Shown: piece after piece, positions 25,854 through 37,871 of the stretch | Numbering within the stretch: position 1 is the stretch's first letter | Layout of the letters: the number at the start of each line of letters is the position of its first letter | Assembly (NCBI GenBank): GCA_035694165.1 | Contig: DASSFS010000040.1 | Location: 401-64,400 of the forward strand | DNA: 64,000 nucleotides | Direction: 5' to 3' | Source: Solirubrobacterales bacterium | GTDB taxonomy: Bacteria > Actinomycetota > Thermoleophilia > Solirubrobacterales > 70-9 | Notes under the pieces: model-generated | What the model saw: only the letters and a program-made list of their open reading frames with translations | Told to the model about the DNA's origin: nothing | Database searches by the model: none | Program-made: the position numbers and the translations under genes

Positions 25854-26822
25854 CTACTCGTCCTTGGCCCTCGGGTGCGCCTCGAAGTAGACCTCCTTGA
25901 GGCGATCGCCGGAGAGGTGCGTGTACATCTGGGTCGTGGAGATGTCGGCGTGGCCGAGCATCTCCTGAACGGCGCGCAGGTCGCAGCCGCCGGCGAGCAG
26001 GTGGGTGGCGAAGCTGTGGCGAAGCGTGTGTGGGCTCATCCGGCCCGAGAGGCCCGCCTCGCGGGCGTGGCGCTGGACGATCTTGTAGAGGCCCTGGCGG
26101 GTCAGCGGGCCGCCGCGGAAGTTGACGAACAGCTTCGGCTCGTGGCGCTCGCCGACCAGTTTCGGGCGCACCCGCAGGTAGCCGTTGATCGCCGCGATCG
26201 CTTGGCGGCCGAGCGGCACCAGCCGCTCCTTTGAGCCCTTGCCACGCGCGCGCAGGAAGCCCTCGTGGGTGTCGATGTCTGCCAGCTCGAGCCCGATCGT
26301 CTCCGAGGCTCGCAGCCCACACCCGTACATCACCTCCAGCAGCGCCCGGTCACGCAGCGTCGTCGGCTCGCTGCCGCGTGGCGCCGCCAGCAGCTTCTGC
26401 ACCTCGGGGTAGTTGAGGACCTGCGGCAGCTTCTTGGCCCGGCGCGGCGCGCTGAGGGCGGCGGTGGGGTCGTCGCCGATCAGCTCGTCTCGGCGCAGGT
26501 GCTTGTAGAAGGAGCGCAGGCAGGCGGCCTTGCGGTGGATGGTCGCGGCCGAACAGGCAGGCCGCTCGCCCTCTCCTGTGGCCAGCTCGGCGAGGAAGTC
26601 GGCGACGTCGGCCGGGCGCGCCACCAGCGCGTCGCAGTCGTGGCTGCCGAGGTATTCGCCGTACTGGTGCAGGTCGGTTCGGTAGGCGTTGAGCGTGTTG
26701 CGCGAGAGACCGCGCTCTAACTCCAGGTAAGAGAGGAAGTCCAGAACCAGACTCTCGAAGCGCGCATCGGCTCCCGGGGTGGCGGGCGCAGGCACGGCGG
26801 CGGGCTCGACTGCGATCGCCAT
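25854..26822 (-). CDS. xerD: Tyrosine recombinase XerD (chromosome dimer resolution)
   Basis: 322 aa. N-terminal SAM-like domain (FLSYLELERGLSRNTLNAYRTDL). Catalytic R...HTLRHSFATHLL...GH...TTQMYTH. Confidence 0.9.
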   Translation of the reverse strand: MAIAVEPAAVPAPATPGADARFESLVLDFLSYLELERGLSRNTLNAYRTDLHQYGEYLGSHDCDALVARPADVADFLAELATGEGERPACSAATIHRKAACLRSFYKHLRRDELIGDDPTAALSAPRRAKKLPQVLNYPEVQKLLAAPRGSEPTTLRDRALLEVMYGCGLRASETIGLELADIDTHEGFLRARGKGSKERLVPLGRQAIAAINGYLRVRPKLVGERHEPKLFVNFRGGPLTRQGLYKIVQRHAREAGLSGRMSPHTLRHSFATHLLAGGCDLRAVQEMLGHADISTTQMYTHLSGDRLKEVYFEAHPRAKDE

Positions 26823-26890
26823 GACCGGCTGGTTCTCCCCTGCCGCTCACAACCCTTGGCCCGCAAGGGACCGTGCGCCGCTGGGACCCC

Positions 26891-27925
26891 CTAGGCGACG
26901 AGGAGCCGACCGGCGGCCAGCGGGGCGGCGAAGAAGAGTGGGTCTTCTCGCAGCGAGCGGCCCATGGTCCGGATCGGGAGACCCGAGGACTCGTAGCCGT
27001 CGAGGTCGGCGGGGGCGAAGCGGAGCCGATGGGTTCCCGGGGCCTCTTCCAGGGCGGCGACGATCCTCTCCTCCCCTTCTGGCGCCGCGACGTCGACCGG
27101 AGCTAGGAGCAGCTCGAGCACCGTGTAGGTGTGGTGGCTGAGGTCGATGTGGCGTTCGCGGGGGTCGCTCGAGGAAAGCCGGGGAGAGATCGTCGTCGGC
27201 AGCTTCAGCGAGAGCGCCGCGTGGGCGCTGTCGAGCGCGGCCATGCCGCCGTGGCCGAACTCGGTCTCGGAGCCGATGATGCCGGGACCCGGACCGACCA
27301 GGACCGCGTCCCAGCCGAGGCGGTTGGCCGCGTCGAGGGCACCGACCGTGCTCAGCGCCTCGTGCTCGCCTCCGTAGGTGGGGGCGGCCGTGACGTGGGC
27401 GCAGAGCAGGTCGCGTTCGCGCAGCTCGGCCACGTCGCGCGAGAGCGAGCCGGGCAGCGCACCGCCTGCCGTCTGCACATAACCAAGCCGGATCCCCGGC
27501 GAGGCCTGGGCGGCGGCCCAGGCGGCGGGAGCCAGGTGCCCATGCAGGGGCAGCACCAGCACCGCGACTCCCGGCGCCTCGCGGATTGCCGCGCTCTGTT
27601 CTCCCTCGGCGGGAATACGGCTCGGCAATCCCTCGACCGGCTCCACCGGGTGCTGCAGCGAGGTGTAGTTGAGCTTGATCACGTGCTCATCGCCGCGTGC
27701 ACCGGCCTCGAGCCCGCGGGTGAGGTTGACGTGGACGACGTCGAAGCCGCCGGATCCGAGCCCGAGGTCGAGGGCGGCGACGTTGACGACGACCTCGTCG
27801 CCCTCGCGCATCTCCCCCAGCTGCGTCGTGTCGGCCCAGGCGGGCCGCGCCGTTCCTTCCACCTCGACCCTCAGCGGCTCGACAGAGACGACGACGCCGC
27901 GGCGCAGCTCCAGCCGCCCGCTCAC
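26891..27925 (-). CDS. DUF3866-family protein
   Basis: GTG at codon 106 of the track ORF, overlapping the upstream stop (GTGA). LELRRGVVVSVEPLRVEVEG...VVVNVAALDLGLGSGGFDVVHVNL...HVIKLNYTSLQ resembles DUF3866. The upstream 105 codons are poly-Arg junk. Confidence 0.7.
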   Translation of the reverse strand: MSGRLELRRGVVVSVEPLRVEVEGTARPAWADTTQLGEMREGDEVVVNVAALDLGLGSGGFDVVHVNLTRGLEAGARGDEHVIKLNYTSLQHPVEPVEGLPSRIPAEGEQSAAIREAPGVAVLVLPLHGHLAPAAWAAAQASPGIRLGYVQTAGGALPGSLSRDVAELRERDLLCAHVTAAPTYGGEHEALSTVGALDAANRLGWDAVLVGPGPGIIGSETEFGHGGMAALDSAHAALSLKLPTTISPRLSSSDPRERHIDLSHHTYTVLELLLAPVDVAAPEGEERIVAALEEAPGTHRLRFAPADLDGYESSGLPIRTMGRSLREDPLFFAAPLAAGRLLVA

Positions 27926-29055
27926 GGGCTTCCTGGGTCGCTCGCCTCGCCCGCCGCCACGGCGGCGACGATCCCCTCGCAGACCTCGAGCATCTTCGCC
28001 AGGCTCGCGGCGGGGACGTGCTCGTCGGCGGTGTGCACGGCGTCGGTTCCGTTGGCAAGCAGAACGCAATCGAAGTCGTCGAGGCGGAAGACGTTGGCGT
28101 CGCTGCCACCGCCGATCGCCGTCCGCACCGGCTCGACGCCGGCGCCGCGCAGACCGGCCTCGGCCAGCAGCAGCGCGGCCGAGGAGGACGGGACCTCGTA
28201 GCCGCGGAACAGCTCTTCGAGCCGGACGTCGACGTCGCAACCGTGCTCGCTGGCGCCCCAGGCACAGGCGTCGGATATCTGCCCTGCCACCTCGGCGGCG
28301 CGCGCGATGTCGAGGCTGCGCGTCTCGGCCTGGATCCAGCAGTGGCCGGGGACGACGTTGCCGGAGGTTCCACCTTCGATCAGCCCGACGTTGGCGGTCG
28401 TCTTCTCGTCGAGGCGGCCCAATTCCATCCGCCCGATCGCGGCGGCTGCTGCTGCAATCGCGCTGCTGCCGGCCTCCGGGCGGATTCCGGCGTGGGCCTC
28501 GATCCCCATGAAGTCGGCCAGGATCTTCTGCTGGGTCGGAGTGGCGACGATCACCTCGCCGACCGGCCCGGCGTGGTCGAGGACGAAGCCGGTTCGAGAG
28601 CGCAACACGGACGCATCGAACGCTTTCGCCCCACGGAGGCCCTGCTCCTCGGCGACCGTCAGGACCAGCTCGATCCCGACCGGCGGTGGCTCGGCGGAGT
28701 GCCGAGCGACCAGCTCCATGAAGACCGCGACCGCGGCCTTGTTGTCGGCGCCGAGGATCGTCTCGCCACGGCTGCGGAACATTCCCTCGTCGTCGATCAC
28801 CTCGACCTGCCCCTTATGGGGAACCGTGTCGAGATGGGCGCAGAACATCACCCACTCATCGGTCTGACCCGGCAGCCGCGCCAGCAGGTTGCCGGCCCCG
28901 GCTCCCGCCGGCCCAGCAGCGTCGTCCTCGCTGACCTCGAGCCCCAGCGCCCGCAGTTCGGCCGCGACGGTGTCCGCCACCTCGCGCTCCTCGCCGGTCG
29001 GGCTGCGGATCTCGCAGAGCCGCACGAAGGTCTCGTTGAGGCGTGAGGAACTCAC
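27922..29055 (-). CDS. M20/M25/M40-family metallopeptidase (peptidase T/tripeptidase-like)
   Basis: 377 aa. HLDTV, GADNKAAVA, EEQGLRGA motifs. Confidence 0.85.
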   Translation of the reverse strand: MSSSRLNETFVRLCEIRSPTGEEREVADTVAAELRALGLEVSEDDAAGPAGAGAGNLLARLPGQTDEWVMFCAHLDTVPHKGQVEVIDDEGMFRSRGETILGADNKAAVAVFMELVARHSAEPPPVGIELVLTVAEEQGLRGAKAFDASVLRSRTGFVLDHAGPVGEVIVATPTQQKILADFMGIEAHAGIRPEAGSSAIAAAAAAIGRMELGRLDEKTTANVGLIEGGTSGNVVPGHCWIQAETRSLDIARAAEVAGQISDACAWGASEHGCDVDVRLEELFRGYEVPSSSAALLLAEAGLRGAGVEPVRTAIGGGSDANVFRLDDFDCVLLANGTDAVHTADEHVPAASLAKMLEVCEGIVAAVAAGEASDPGSP

Positions 29056-29073
29056 GCCGGACAGGCTAAGCGC

Positions 29074-31595
<2,522 letters not shown>

Positions 31596-31602
31596 CTCGG
31601 CC

Positions 31603-32469
31603 TCAGCCGCCCTGAGTCAGCAGATCGGGCAGCAAGCGATCGGCGCTGCCCTTGATCCCGAAGCTGCCCTCGGCTCCCAGCATCGAGAAGACCAGCGCCA
31701 GCTGCCCAGCGGTCAGCTCGACGTCGTCGACGCTGGAGAGATCGTTGGCCTGGAAGAAGGAGATCGAGGAAGGTTCCGCGGTCGAGGTCTCGACCCCGAC
31801 GGCCGGCGTCCGGCTCGCCGTGATCCCGCTCAGCATTCCGCTTTCGAGGGTATTCGCGGCCGCGCGCTGAACCGGGCCCATGTCTTGAGGCTGGTTGCGG
31901 ATGACGATCACCCCGTCGAGGGCACCGAAAGTGCCGCTGGCACGTGAGAAAAGGTTGCCGCGGACGACCTCCGGCAGGGTGCCGCCGAGCGCTACCTGGC
32001 GCCCGAGGCCGACCCCGAGCGCGGTCAGTGAGTCGGGGTTGCGGCGGAGATCGGCGAAGCGGGTTTTGGCGAGGTCGTTGGCGAGTCCATTGAGGTCGAC
32101 CGGCTCGCGCACGACGCCGACCCCGACCAGTCTCGCCCCGGTCGGCCCCAGCGCCTCCTCGACGGCGTCGGTGTCCTCGCTCGGCAGACCGCCGAAGGCG
32201 ACGATCGCAATCCGCTTGCCCTCGAGCTTGTCGCGGGTCAGGACCGGGTAGACGCGGTCGGCGAACTCGTTCGAGCGGCCGAGCTGGTCGTTGAGGTCGT
32301 CGCTGCGGGAGCGCGCATCCTGGAGGTTGTTGACGAGGCTGCTCTCGAGGTTCTTGCGGGTGCTGGTCAGCGCGTCGCCGCCGAACTCGGCGCCGATCAG
32401 GATCCCGATCGCCAGCGCCAGGAACACGGCGATCAACGAGGTGGCGTGGTAGCGCGCGCTGTAACCCAT
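31603..32469 (-). CDS. MctB-like 'copper transporter' family protein (Rv1698-like)
   Basis: 288 aa. The N-terminus (RYHATSLIAVFLALAIGILIG) is like MctB. Position between steA and pyrG as in mycobacteria. Confidence 0.7.
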   Translation of the reverse strand: MGYSARYHATSLIAVFLALAIGILIGAEFGGDALTSTRKNLESSLVNNLQDARSRSDDLNDQLGRSNEFADRVYPVLTRDKLEGKRIAIVAFGGLPSEDTDAVEEALGPTGARLVGVGVVREPVDLNGLANDLAKTRFADLRRNPDSLTALGVGLGRQVALGGTLPEVVRGNLFSRASGTFGALDGVIVIRNQPQDMGPVQRAAANTLESGMLSGITASRTPAVGVETSTAEPSSISFFQANDLSSVDDVELTAGQLALVFSMLGAEGSFGIKGSADRLLPDLLTQGG

Positions 32470-32502
32470 CAGCGGCCGAAGGCTAGACGCTCGCCGCGGC
32501 GC

Positions 32503-33693
32503 TCACTCCAGGCCCAGCCAGATGCGGACCTTCAGCCAGACCAGTTCGAAGACGTCGTTGAGCGCTGGCGAAGTGATGATCAGGATCGTCAGCAAGACCG
32601 CGAAGGCCACCAGGATCAGGCTGATCGGGGCCAGGGTCGAGCTCGGGTTGTAGAGCCGGCTGACGCCCTTGGCGTCGACCAGCTTCTCTCCTATCCGCAG
32701 CCGCGTGAGGAAGGTCGAGGACATGCCGCCGCGCTTGCGGTCGAGGAACTCGATCAGGTTGAAGTGAGCGCCGACGCTGACGATCAGCGTCGCTCCCTTC
32801 TCGAAGGCCATCAGCATCGCCACGTCCTCGCTGGTGCCGGCGGCGGGGACGACGGTGTGCTCGAGGCCAGCCCCGAGCAGGCGCTCGCAGCCGGGGGCGC
32901 GGCCGTCGGGATAGGCGTGGACGACGAGCTCGGCACCGCAGGCCAGGGAGGCATCGCTGGCGGAGTCCATGTCGCCGAGAATCACGTCCGGCTTCAAGCC
33001 GGCTTCCAGCACTCCGTCGGCGCCGCCGTCGACGGCGACGATCAGCGGCCGCACGTCGCGGATGTAGGCGCGCAGCGCCTTGAGGTCACGGCGATGGCGG
33101 TCGCCGCGGACGACGATCAGGACATGGCGGTCGCGGAAGGAGGCCTTGGTCTGGGGAAACTCGACGCTGCCGGTCAGCAGGTCGGTCTCCTGGCGCACGT
33201 GAGCGACGGTGTTCTCGGCAAACTCGGCCAGCGCCTCGTCGATCCGCTCCCGCTGCTCGGTCAGCTGCTGCTCCAGCTCGGCGGCGCCGAGAACCCGGCC
33301 GCGCAGGACCTCCTGGTCGCCGATCTTGATCGTGCCGCCGTAGATCCGCAGCGTGTCGCCGTCTTTGAGCAGCTCGAAGAGCCCGGCGCCGGGAGCGTCG
33401 ATCAGCCGGATTCCCTCACGGGCCAGCATCAGCGGGCCGGCGTTGGGATAGCGCCCGTTAGAGGACTCCGAAGCGTTCAGCACCGCGGCGACGCCGGCTT
33501 CGATCAACTCCTCAGCGGCGATCCGGTCGATGTTGAGGTGGTCGATGACGGCGACGTCGCCCGGCCGCAGACGCTTGACCAGGTGCTTGGTCCGCTCCCC
33601 CAGTCGCGCCGTCCCTTCGATCGCCGCCTCCGGGCGCACACCGTTGCGGCGCCCGAGCAGAGCAGGAAGGCGACGGCGACTGGCGGTGGCCAC
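32503..33693 (-). CDS. steA: SteA-like protein (thiamin pyrophosphokinase catalytic-domain-like, C-terminal TM)
   Basis: 396 aa. Conserved position after recN (Rv1697-like). VILGDMDS block. C-terminal hydrophobic helix. Confidence 0.75.
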   Translation of the reverse strand: MATASRRRLPALLGRRNGVRPEAAIEGTARLGERTKHLVKRLRPGDVAVIDHLNIDRIAAEELIEAGVAAVLNASESSNGRYPNAGPLMLAREGIRLIDAPGAGLFELLKDGDTLRIYGGTIKIGDQEVLRGRVLGAAELEQQLTEQRERIDEALAEFAENTVAHVRQETDLLTGSVEFPQTKASFRDRHVLIVVRGDRHRRDLKALRAYIRDVRPLIVAVDGGADGVLEAGLKPDVILGDMDSASDASLACGAELVVHAYPDGRAPGCERLLGAGLEHTVVPAAGTSEDVAMLMAFEKGATLIVSVGAHFNLIEFLDRKRGGMSSTFLTRLRIGEKLVDAKGVSRLYNPSSTLAPISLILVAFAVLLTILIITSPALNDVFELVWLKVRIWLGLE

Positions 33694-33714
33694 CGACTCA
33701 GGTTAGACGGACAC

Positions 33715-35397
33715 CTAGGCGGCGGCAAGCAGCTCGCGCGCGTGGCGCGTGGCCGCCTCGTCGGCTTGCTCACCGCCGAGCATGCGGCGGATCTCCCCGA
33801 CCACGCCCTCACCGTCGAGCCGCTCGACCGTTGCGAAGGCCTGGCCGTCGGCGACGTCCTTTTCGAGCCGGAAGTGGGTGTCGGCCAGCGAGGCGACCTG
33901 TGGCAGGTGGGTGATGCAGAGGACCTGGCGACCCTTGCCGAGCGCTTTCAGCCGCTCGCCGACGACTCGCGCCGTGTTGCCGCCGATACCGGCGTCGATC
34001 TCGTCGAAGACGAGCGTGCCCGCCGCCGCAGCCTGGCCGAGCCCACTCAGCGCCAGCATCACCCGCGAGAGCTCACCGCCGGAGGCCGCGTCGCGCAGCG
34101 GCGCCGCCTCGATCCCGGGATTGGGAGCGACCCGCAGCTCAACCGTCTCGCGGCCACTGGCGCCATAGCCGTCGGGGTGTGGCTCCAGCACGACCTCCAG
34201 CGTGGCGCCGGCCATCGCCAGCTGCTCGAGCTCGGCCGCCACACGCTCCTGCAGCGACGCCGCTGCTCCACTGCGCCCAGCGCTGAGACGCTCGCCAAAC
34301 TCCGCCCGCTGCTGCTCGGCCGCCACCAGCGCCGCCTCGGCCTCAGCACTGCGCACCTCAGCTCCCTCCAGGCGCGCAATCTCGGCCCGGCAGCGCTCCG
34401 CGTGTTCCAGCACCGACTCGACGCTGCCGCCGTGCTTGCGCTCCAACCTGTCGATCGCTTCCAGTCGCTCCTCGATCCCCAGGAGCGCCCCTGGGTCGGC
34501 CTCCAGCCCCTCGGCGTAGTCGCGCAGCTCCGAGCCGACGTCACCGAGCTCGACCGCGAGCGCCACAACCCGCTCGGAGATCGCGTCGAGGCGAGCGTCC
34601 AACCCACCAGCGCCTTGCAGCTGCGATTCCGCCTGGGCCAGCGCCGCCGCGGCCCCGCCCCCGTCCTCGTCGGCCCCAGCCAGCCCAGCGTGGGCGCCGC
34701 TGGCCGCCTCGCGCAGGCCCTCGGCGTGGCGCAGGCGCTCGCGCTCGGCCGCGATCCCGGCCCTCTCCTCGGGGTCGGGCGCGACCTCCTCGATCTCGGA
34801 GACCTCGTAGCGATAGAGGTCGAGATCGCGCTCGCGCGAGCCTTCGGCCTCCCGCAGCTCAGCCAGCTCCGCCGCCAGCCGGCCGCACTCCTGATGCGCC
34901 TCGCGGTAGAGCCGGCGCGTCTCTAGATGCTCGGCCCCGATGAACCCATCCAGTACCTCCATCTGGGCCGAGGCGATCGTCAGCTTGCGATGCTCGTGCT
35001 GGCCGAAGAAGGCCAGCAACCGCCCGCCCAGTAACTTGAGGTCGGCCGCGGTCGCCGCCCGCCCGGCGACGAAGGCGCTGGTCCGCCCGCCGGAGGAGAC
35101 GCGTCGTCCCAGCACGATCTCCTCGGCTTCCTCGGGCAGCCGCTCGGCCAGCTCCGCGAACTCGGGCTCCTCCAGCAGCCCTTCCGGGAGATCGAATACC
35201 CCCTCGACCCAGGCCTCGCCTGCGCCGGGCCGGACGATCTGCGCCTTTGCCTTGCCGCCCATCAGCAGGTCGAGCGAATGCGCCAGGACGGTCTTCCCCG
35301 CCCCGGTCTCGCCCGTGATCGCGTTCAGCCCCTCCCCCAGGCGCAGTTCCGCCCTCTCGATCAGCAGCAGGTTCTCGATCCGGAACTCACGCAGCAC
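33715..35397 (-). CDS. recN: DNA repair protein RecN
   Basis: 560 aa. Walker A (GETGAGKT), long coiled coil, SGGELSR signature, Walker B (LVFDEIDAG). Confidence 0.95.
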   Translation of the reverse strand: MLREFRIENLLLIERAELRLGEGLNAITGETGAGKTVLAHSLDLLMGGKAKAQIVRPGAGEAWVEGVFDLPEGLLEEPEFAELAERLPEEAEEIVLGRRVSSGGRTSAFVAGRAATAADLKLLGGRLLAFFGQHEHRKLTIASAQMEVLDGFIGAEHLETRRLYREAHQECGRLAAELAELREAEGSRERDLDLYRYEVSEIEEVAPDPEERAGIAAERERLRHAEGLREAASGAHAGLAGADEDGGGAAAALAQAESQLQGAGGLDARLDAISERVVALAVELGDVGSELRDYAEGLEADPGALLGIEERLEAIDRLERKHGGSVESVLEHAERCRAEIARLEGAEVRSAEAEAALVAAEQQRAEFGERLSAGRSGAAASLQERVAAELEQLAMAGATLEVVLEPHPDGYGASGRETVELRVAPNPGIEAAPLRDAASGGELSRVMLALSGLGQAAAAGTLVFDEIDAGIGGNTARVVGERLKALGKGRQVLCITHLPQVASLADTHFRLEKDVADGQAFATVERLDGEGVVGEIRRMLGGEQADEAATRHARELLAAA

Positions 35398-35461
35398 ATG
35401 GTCTGTGTAGCAATGACCGCGGACCGATCCGACCCGAAAACACGCTCCTTGCGGAGGCTCG

Positions 35462-36988
35462 TCAGCCGCCAGCCGCGGCCGCGGGTGCGGGCTCCTCCTC
35501 GGTTCGCTGCACGAAGTCGCGCGAACGCACCAACGTGAAGCCGAGCACCGCCGCGACGAAGGAGATCACCGCGGCGACCACGATGATCTCGTTGAGCCCG
35601 CTGACGAAGGCGGCGTCTGCCGCCCGCGACAATTCCAGCCGTTGCCCCGGCGGGACCGCGGTGGCGACCGCGCGCGAGCCACCCGAGGCGACCACTTCGT
35701 CAAAGCCGCTGGGAGCGTTCGGCGCGACTTCCGCCAGCTTCGCGTCGACCCGGGCCTGGAAGATCGCCCCGAGGGCGGCGACGCCGGTGGCAATGCCGAC
35801 CTGGCGGAAGGTCGTGTTGATCCCCGAGCCCATTCCCGATTTCGCCGCCGGCACCACGGAGATCGCGGCCTGGCCGATGCCGGGATTGGTGATGCCGATG
35901 CCGGCGCCGACCAGCAGGAAGCCGGCCAACAGCTCGGTCCAGGCGGAGTTCTCCGTGACCCCGTGCATCAGCGACAGGCCGAGGCCGACGAGGGTCAGGC
36001 CGACCCCGAGCAGGACCCGGATCGGGATGCGGTCAGAGAGGGTGCCGGCGATCGGCGAGGCGATGAAGGCGAGAACCGTCAGGGGCAGGAATCGCACACC
36101 CGTCTCCAGCGGCGAGAAGTCGAGCACGCCCTGCATGTAGATGGTCAGGTAGAGGAACATCGCGAACATCCCCGAGGAGAGGCCGAAGGCGACGGCCGAG
36201 ACCCCGTTGAAGGCGGGCTTACGGAACAGGTTCAGATCGAGCATCGGGTGCTTGCTGCGCGCCTCGATCGTGATGAAGACGGCCAGCAGGACCACGGCCC
36301 CGACCAGACAGGCGACGATCATCGGGTTGTCCCAGCCCTCGGGGTTGCCCCGGATCAGCCCGAAGATCAGCAGGAACAGGGCGGCCGAGAAGGTGACGAC
36401 GCCCCTGACGTCAACCGGCTCGGGATCGGGAGCGGCGACGTTGGGGATCTTCCGCATGGTCAGGTAGATCGCCGTCAGGCCGATCGGGATGTTGACGAAG
36501 AAGATCCACTCCCAGCCGAGGCGCTCGGTGATCACGCCCCCGACCAGCGGGCCGATCGCCAGCGCGCCCCCGATCGTCGCCCCCCAGATGCCAAACGCTC
36601 GCGCCCGCTCTTTGCCCTCGAACTCCTGGGCGATCAGCGCCAGCGAGGTCGCGAACATGGCGGCGCCGCCGACCCCCTGCAAGCCGCGGAAGAAATTGAG
36701 CAGAGTCGCCTCGCCGGCGATCCCGCAGAGGAAGGAGGAGAAGGTGAACAGCGTGAAGCCGGCGACGAAGACCCGCTGGCGCCCGAGCCGGTCGCCGAGC
36801 GAACCTGCCGTGAGCAGCAGTGCGGCGAGGGTCAACGAGTAGGCGTCGACCACCCACTGCAGACTGGAGAGGCTGGCATCGAGTTCGCGCTGAATGTCCG
36901 GCAGGGCGACGTTGACGACCGTGATGTCCAGCAGCAGCATGAACGTCGCGGTCGAGATCAGCGCGAGCGTCCACCACTTTCGCTCCAT
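35462..36988 (-). CDS. MFS transporter, DHA2 (EmrB/QacA, 14-TMS) type
   Basis: 508 aa. WWTLALISTATFMLLLDITVVNVALP..., GSLGDRLGRQRVF motif, about 14 hydrophobic segments. Confidence 0.9.
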   Translation of the reverse strand: MERKWWTLALISTATFMLLLDITVVNVALPDIQRELDASLSSLQWVVDAYSLTLAALLLTAGSLGDRLGRQRVFVAGFTLFTFSSFLCGIAGEATLLNFFRGLQGVGGAAMFATSLALIAQEFEGKERARAFGIWGATIGGALAIGPLVGGVITERLGWEWIFFVNIPIGLTAIYLTMRKIPNVAAPDPEPVDVRGVVTFSAALFLLIFGLIRGNPEGWDNPMIVACLVGAVVLLAVFITIEARSKHPMLDLNLFRKPAFNGVSAVAFGLSSGMFAMFLYLTIYMQGVLDFSPLETGVRFLPLTVLAFIASPIAGTLSDRIPIRVLLGVGLTLVGLGLSLMHGVTENSAWTELLAGFLLVGAGIGITNPGIGQAAISVVPAAKSGMGSGINTTFRQVGIATGVAALGAIFQARVDAKLAEVAPNAPSGFDEVVASGGSRAVATAVPPGQRLELSRAADAAFVSGLNEIIVVAAVISFVAAVLGFTLVRSRDFVQRTEEEPAPAAAAGG

Positions 36989-37028
36989 CGAATCAGCCTA
37001 GAGAGCGGGGACCCTCGGCTAAGGCGAT

Positions 37029-37871
37029 TTAAACAGCGAGGTGGCCGAACTTCTCGCGTATGCGCTGATAGAAGCTCGTACCCGGCAGCTGGGCCAGCCG
37101 CCCGACTTCGTCGACGAAGCGAACCTCCAGCGCCGCACCGGCAGCGAGGTCGGTCAGGTAGACGCCGTCGACCGCAACTTCGACCGGCTCGCGCCCGGCG
37201 GCGTTGCCGACGTGAAGAGTGTCGCCGGGGGCGACGACTAGGGCGCGGGCGGTGAGCGAGTGCGGCGAGATGTAGCTGACCGCGTAGCCCTTCACCCCCC
37301 AGGCGAGGATCGGGCCCTGGTTTGCGAGGTTGTAGCCCGTGGAGCCGACGGGGGTGGCGGCGACGAGGCCGTCGCAGCGGACGTGGCCGACCTCCTCACC
37401 GGCGATCCGGTAGCTCAGCTCGGCCACGCGGTCATGCGGCCGGCGGGTCAGGGTGATGTCGTTGAGGCCGGTCCCGGTGGCGCCGTCGAGCGTCACCTCG
37501 AGACCCGGGAGCTCGACGATCTCGATTTCGCCGTCGAAGGCGCGGCGGATCCCATCCTCGGCCTCCTTGCGATCGACCGCCGCGAGGAAGCCGACGGTGC
37601 CGAAGTTGACGCCGAAGACCGGCACGCCGGTATGGGCGTAGCGCCGCAGCGCGTGCAGGAGCGAGCCGTCGCCGCCCAGGACCAGGCAGATATCCGGGCG
37701 CGGCTCCTCGGCGACCGTCTCGATCCCCTCGGCGGCGCTGCCGTGCTTGGCGAGCTCGTCCTCGGTCGCGACGACGCGCCAGCCGGCCTCACGGGCAACG
37801 CGCGAGACGATCGCGACCGCCTCGGTGGCTGCGGGCGGGTGCGAGTGGGTGATCAGCGCCGCGGTCTTCAC
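37029..37871 (-). CDS. nadK: NAD kinase
   Basis: GTG at codon 23 of the track ORF (GTGA overlap with the tlyA stop). GGDGSLL and VNFGTVGFL motifs. Confidence 0.9.
   Translation of the reverse strand: MKTAALITHSHPPAATEAVAIVSRVAREAGWRVVATEDELAKHGSAAEGIETVAEEPRPDICLVLGGDGSLLHALRRYAHTGVPVFGVNFGTVGFLAAVDRKEAEDGIRRAFDGEIEIVELPGLEVTLDGATGTGLNDITLTRRPHDRVAELSYRIAGEEVGHVRCDGLVAATPVGSTGYNLANQGPILAWGVKGYAVSYISPHSLTARALVVAPGDTLHVGNAAGREPVEVAVDGVYLTDLAAGAALEVRFVDEVGRLAQLPGTSFYQRIREKFGHLAV

Noticed and set aside
25854-26822. Tyrosine recombinase as evidence for a prophage or integrative element
   Set aside because: Its sequence and context (downstream of pyrG, next to DNA-repair genes, as in mycobacterial Rv1701) fit the chromosomal dimer-resolution recombinase XerD. 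There are no phage or conjugation genes nearby.
24928-28240. Long N-terminal extensions of the track ORFs for mutM, recO and the DUF3866 gene (for example 160 extra codons before MPELPEV)
   Set aside because: The extensions are poly-Arg/Pro/Gly, overlap the upstream genes, and precede textbook N-termini (MPELPEVETV for Fpg). I used internal starts instead. The same logic was applied at 9046..10608, 18074..19306, 37029..37937, 48772..49407, 53939..54991 and 58307..59482.
32446-34926. 826-aa plus-strand ORF, the longest in the track
   Set aside because: It lies antisense to steA and recN, both of which have unmistakable motifs on the minus strand. Its translation is Arg/Ala/Gly/Pro/Leu low-complexity sequence without any motif. 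This is a typical stop-codon-poor shadow frame of high-GC DNA.
35642-37255. 537-aa plus-strand ORF rich in Asp/Arg/Gly/Glu
   Set aside because: It is antisense to the 14-TMS MFS transporter and the nadK 3' end. Its charged low-complexity composition mirrors hydrophobic codons on the opposite strand.
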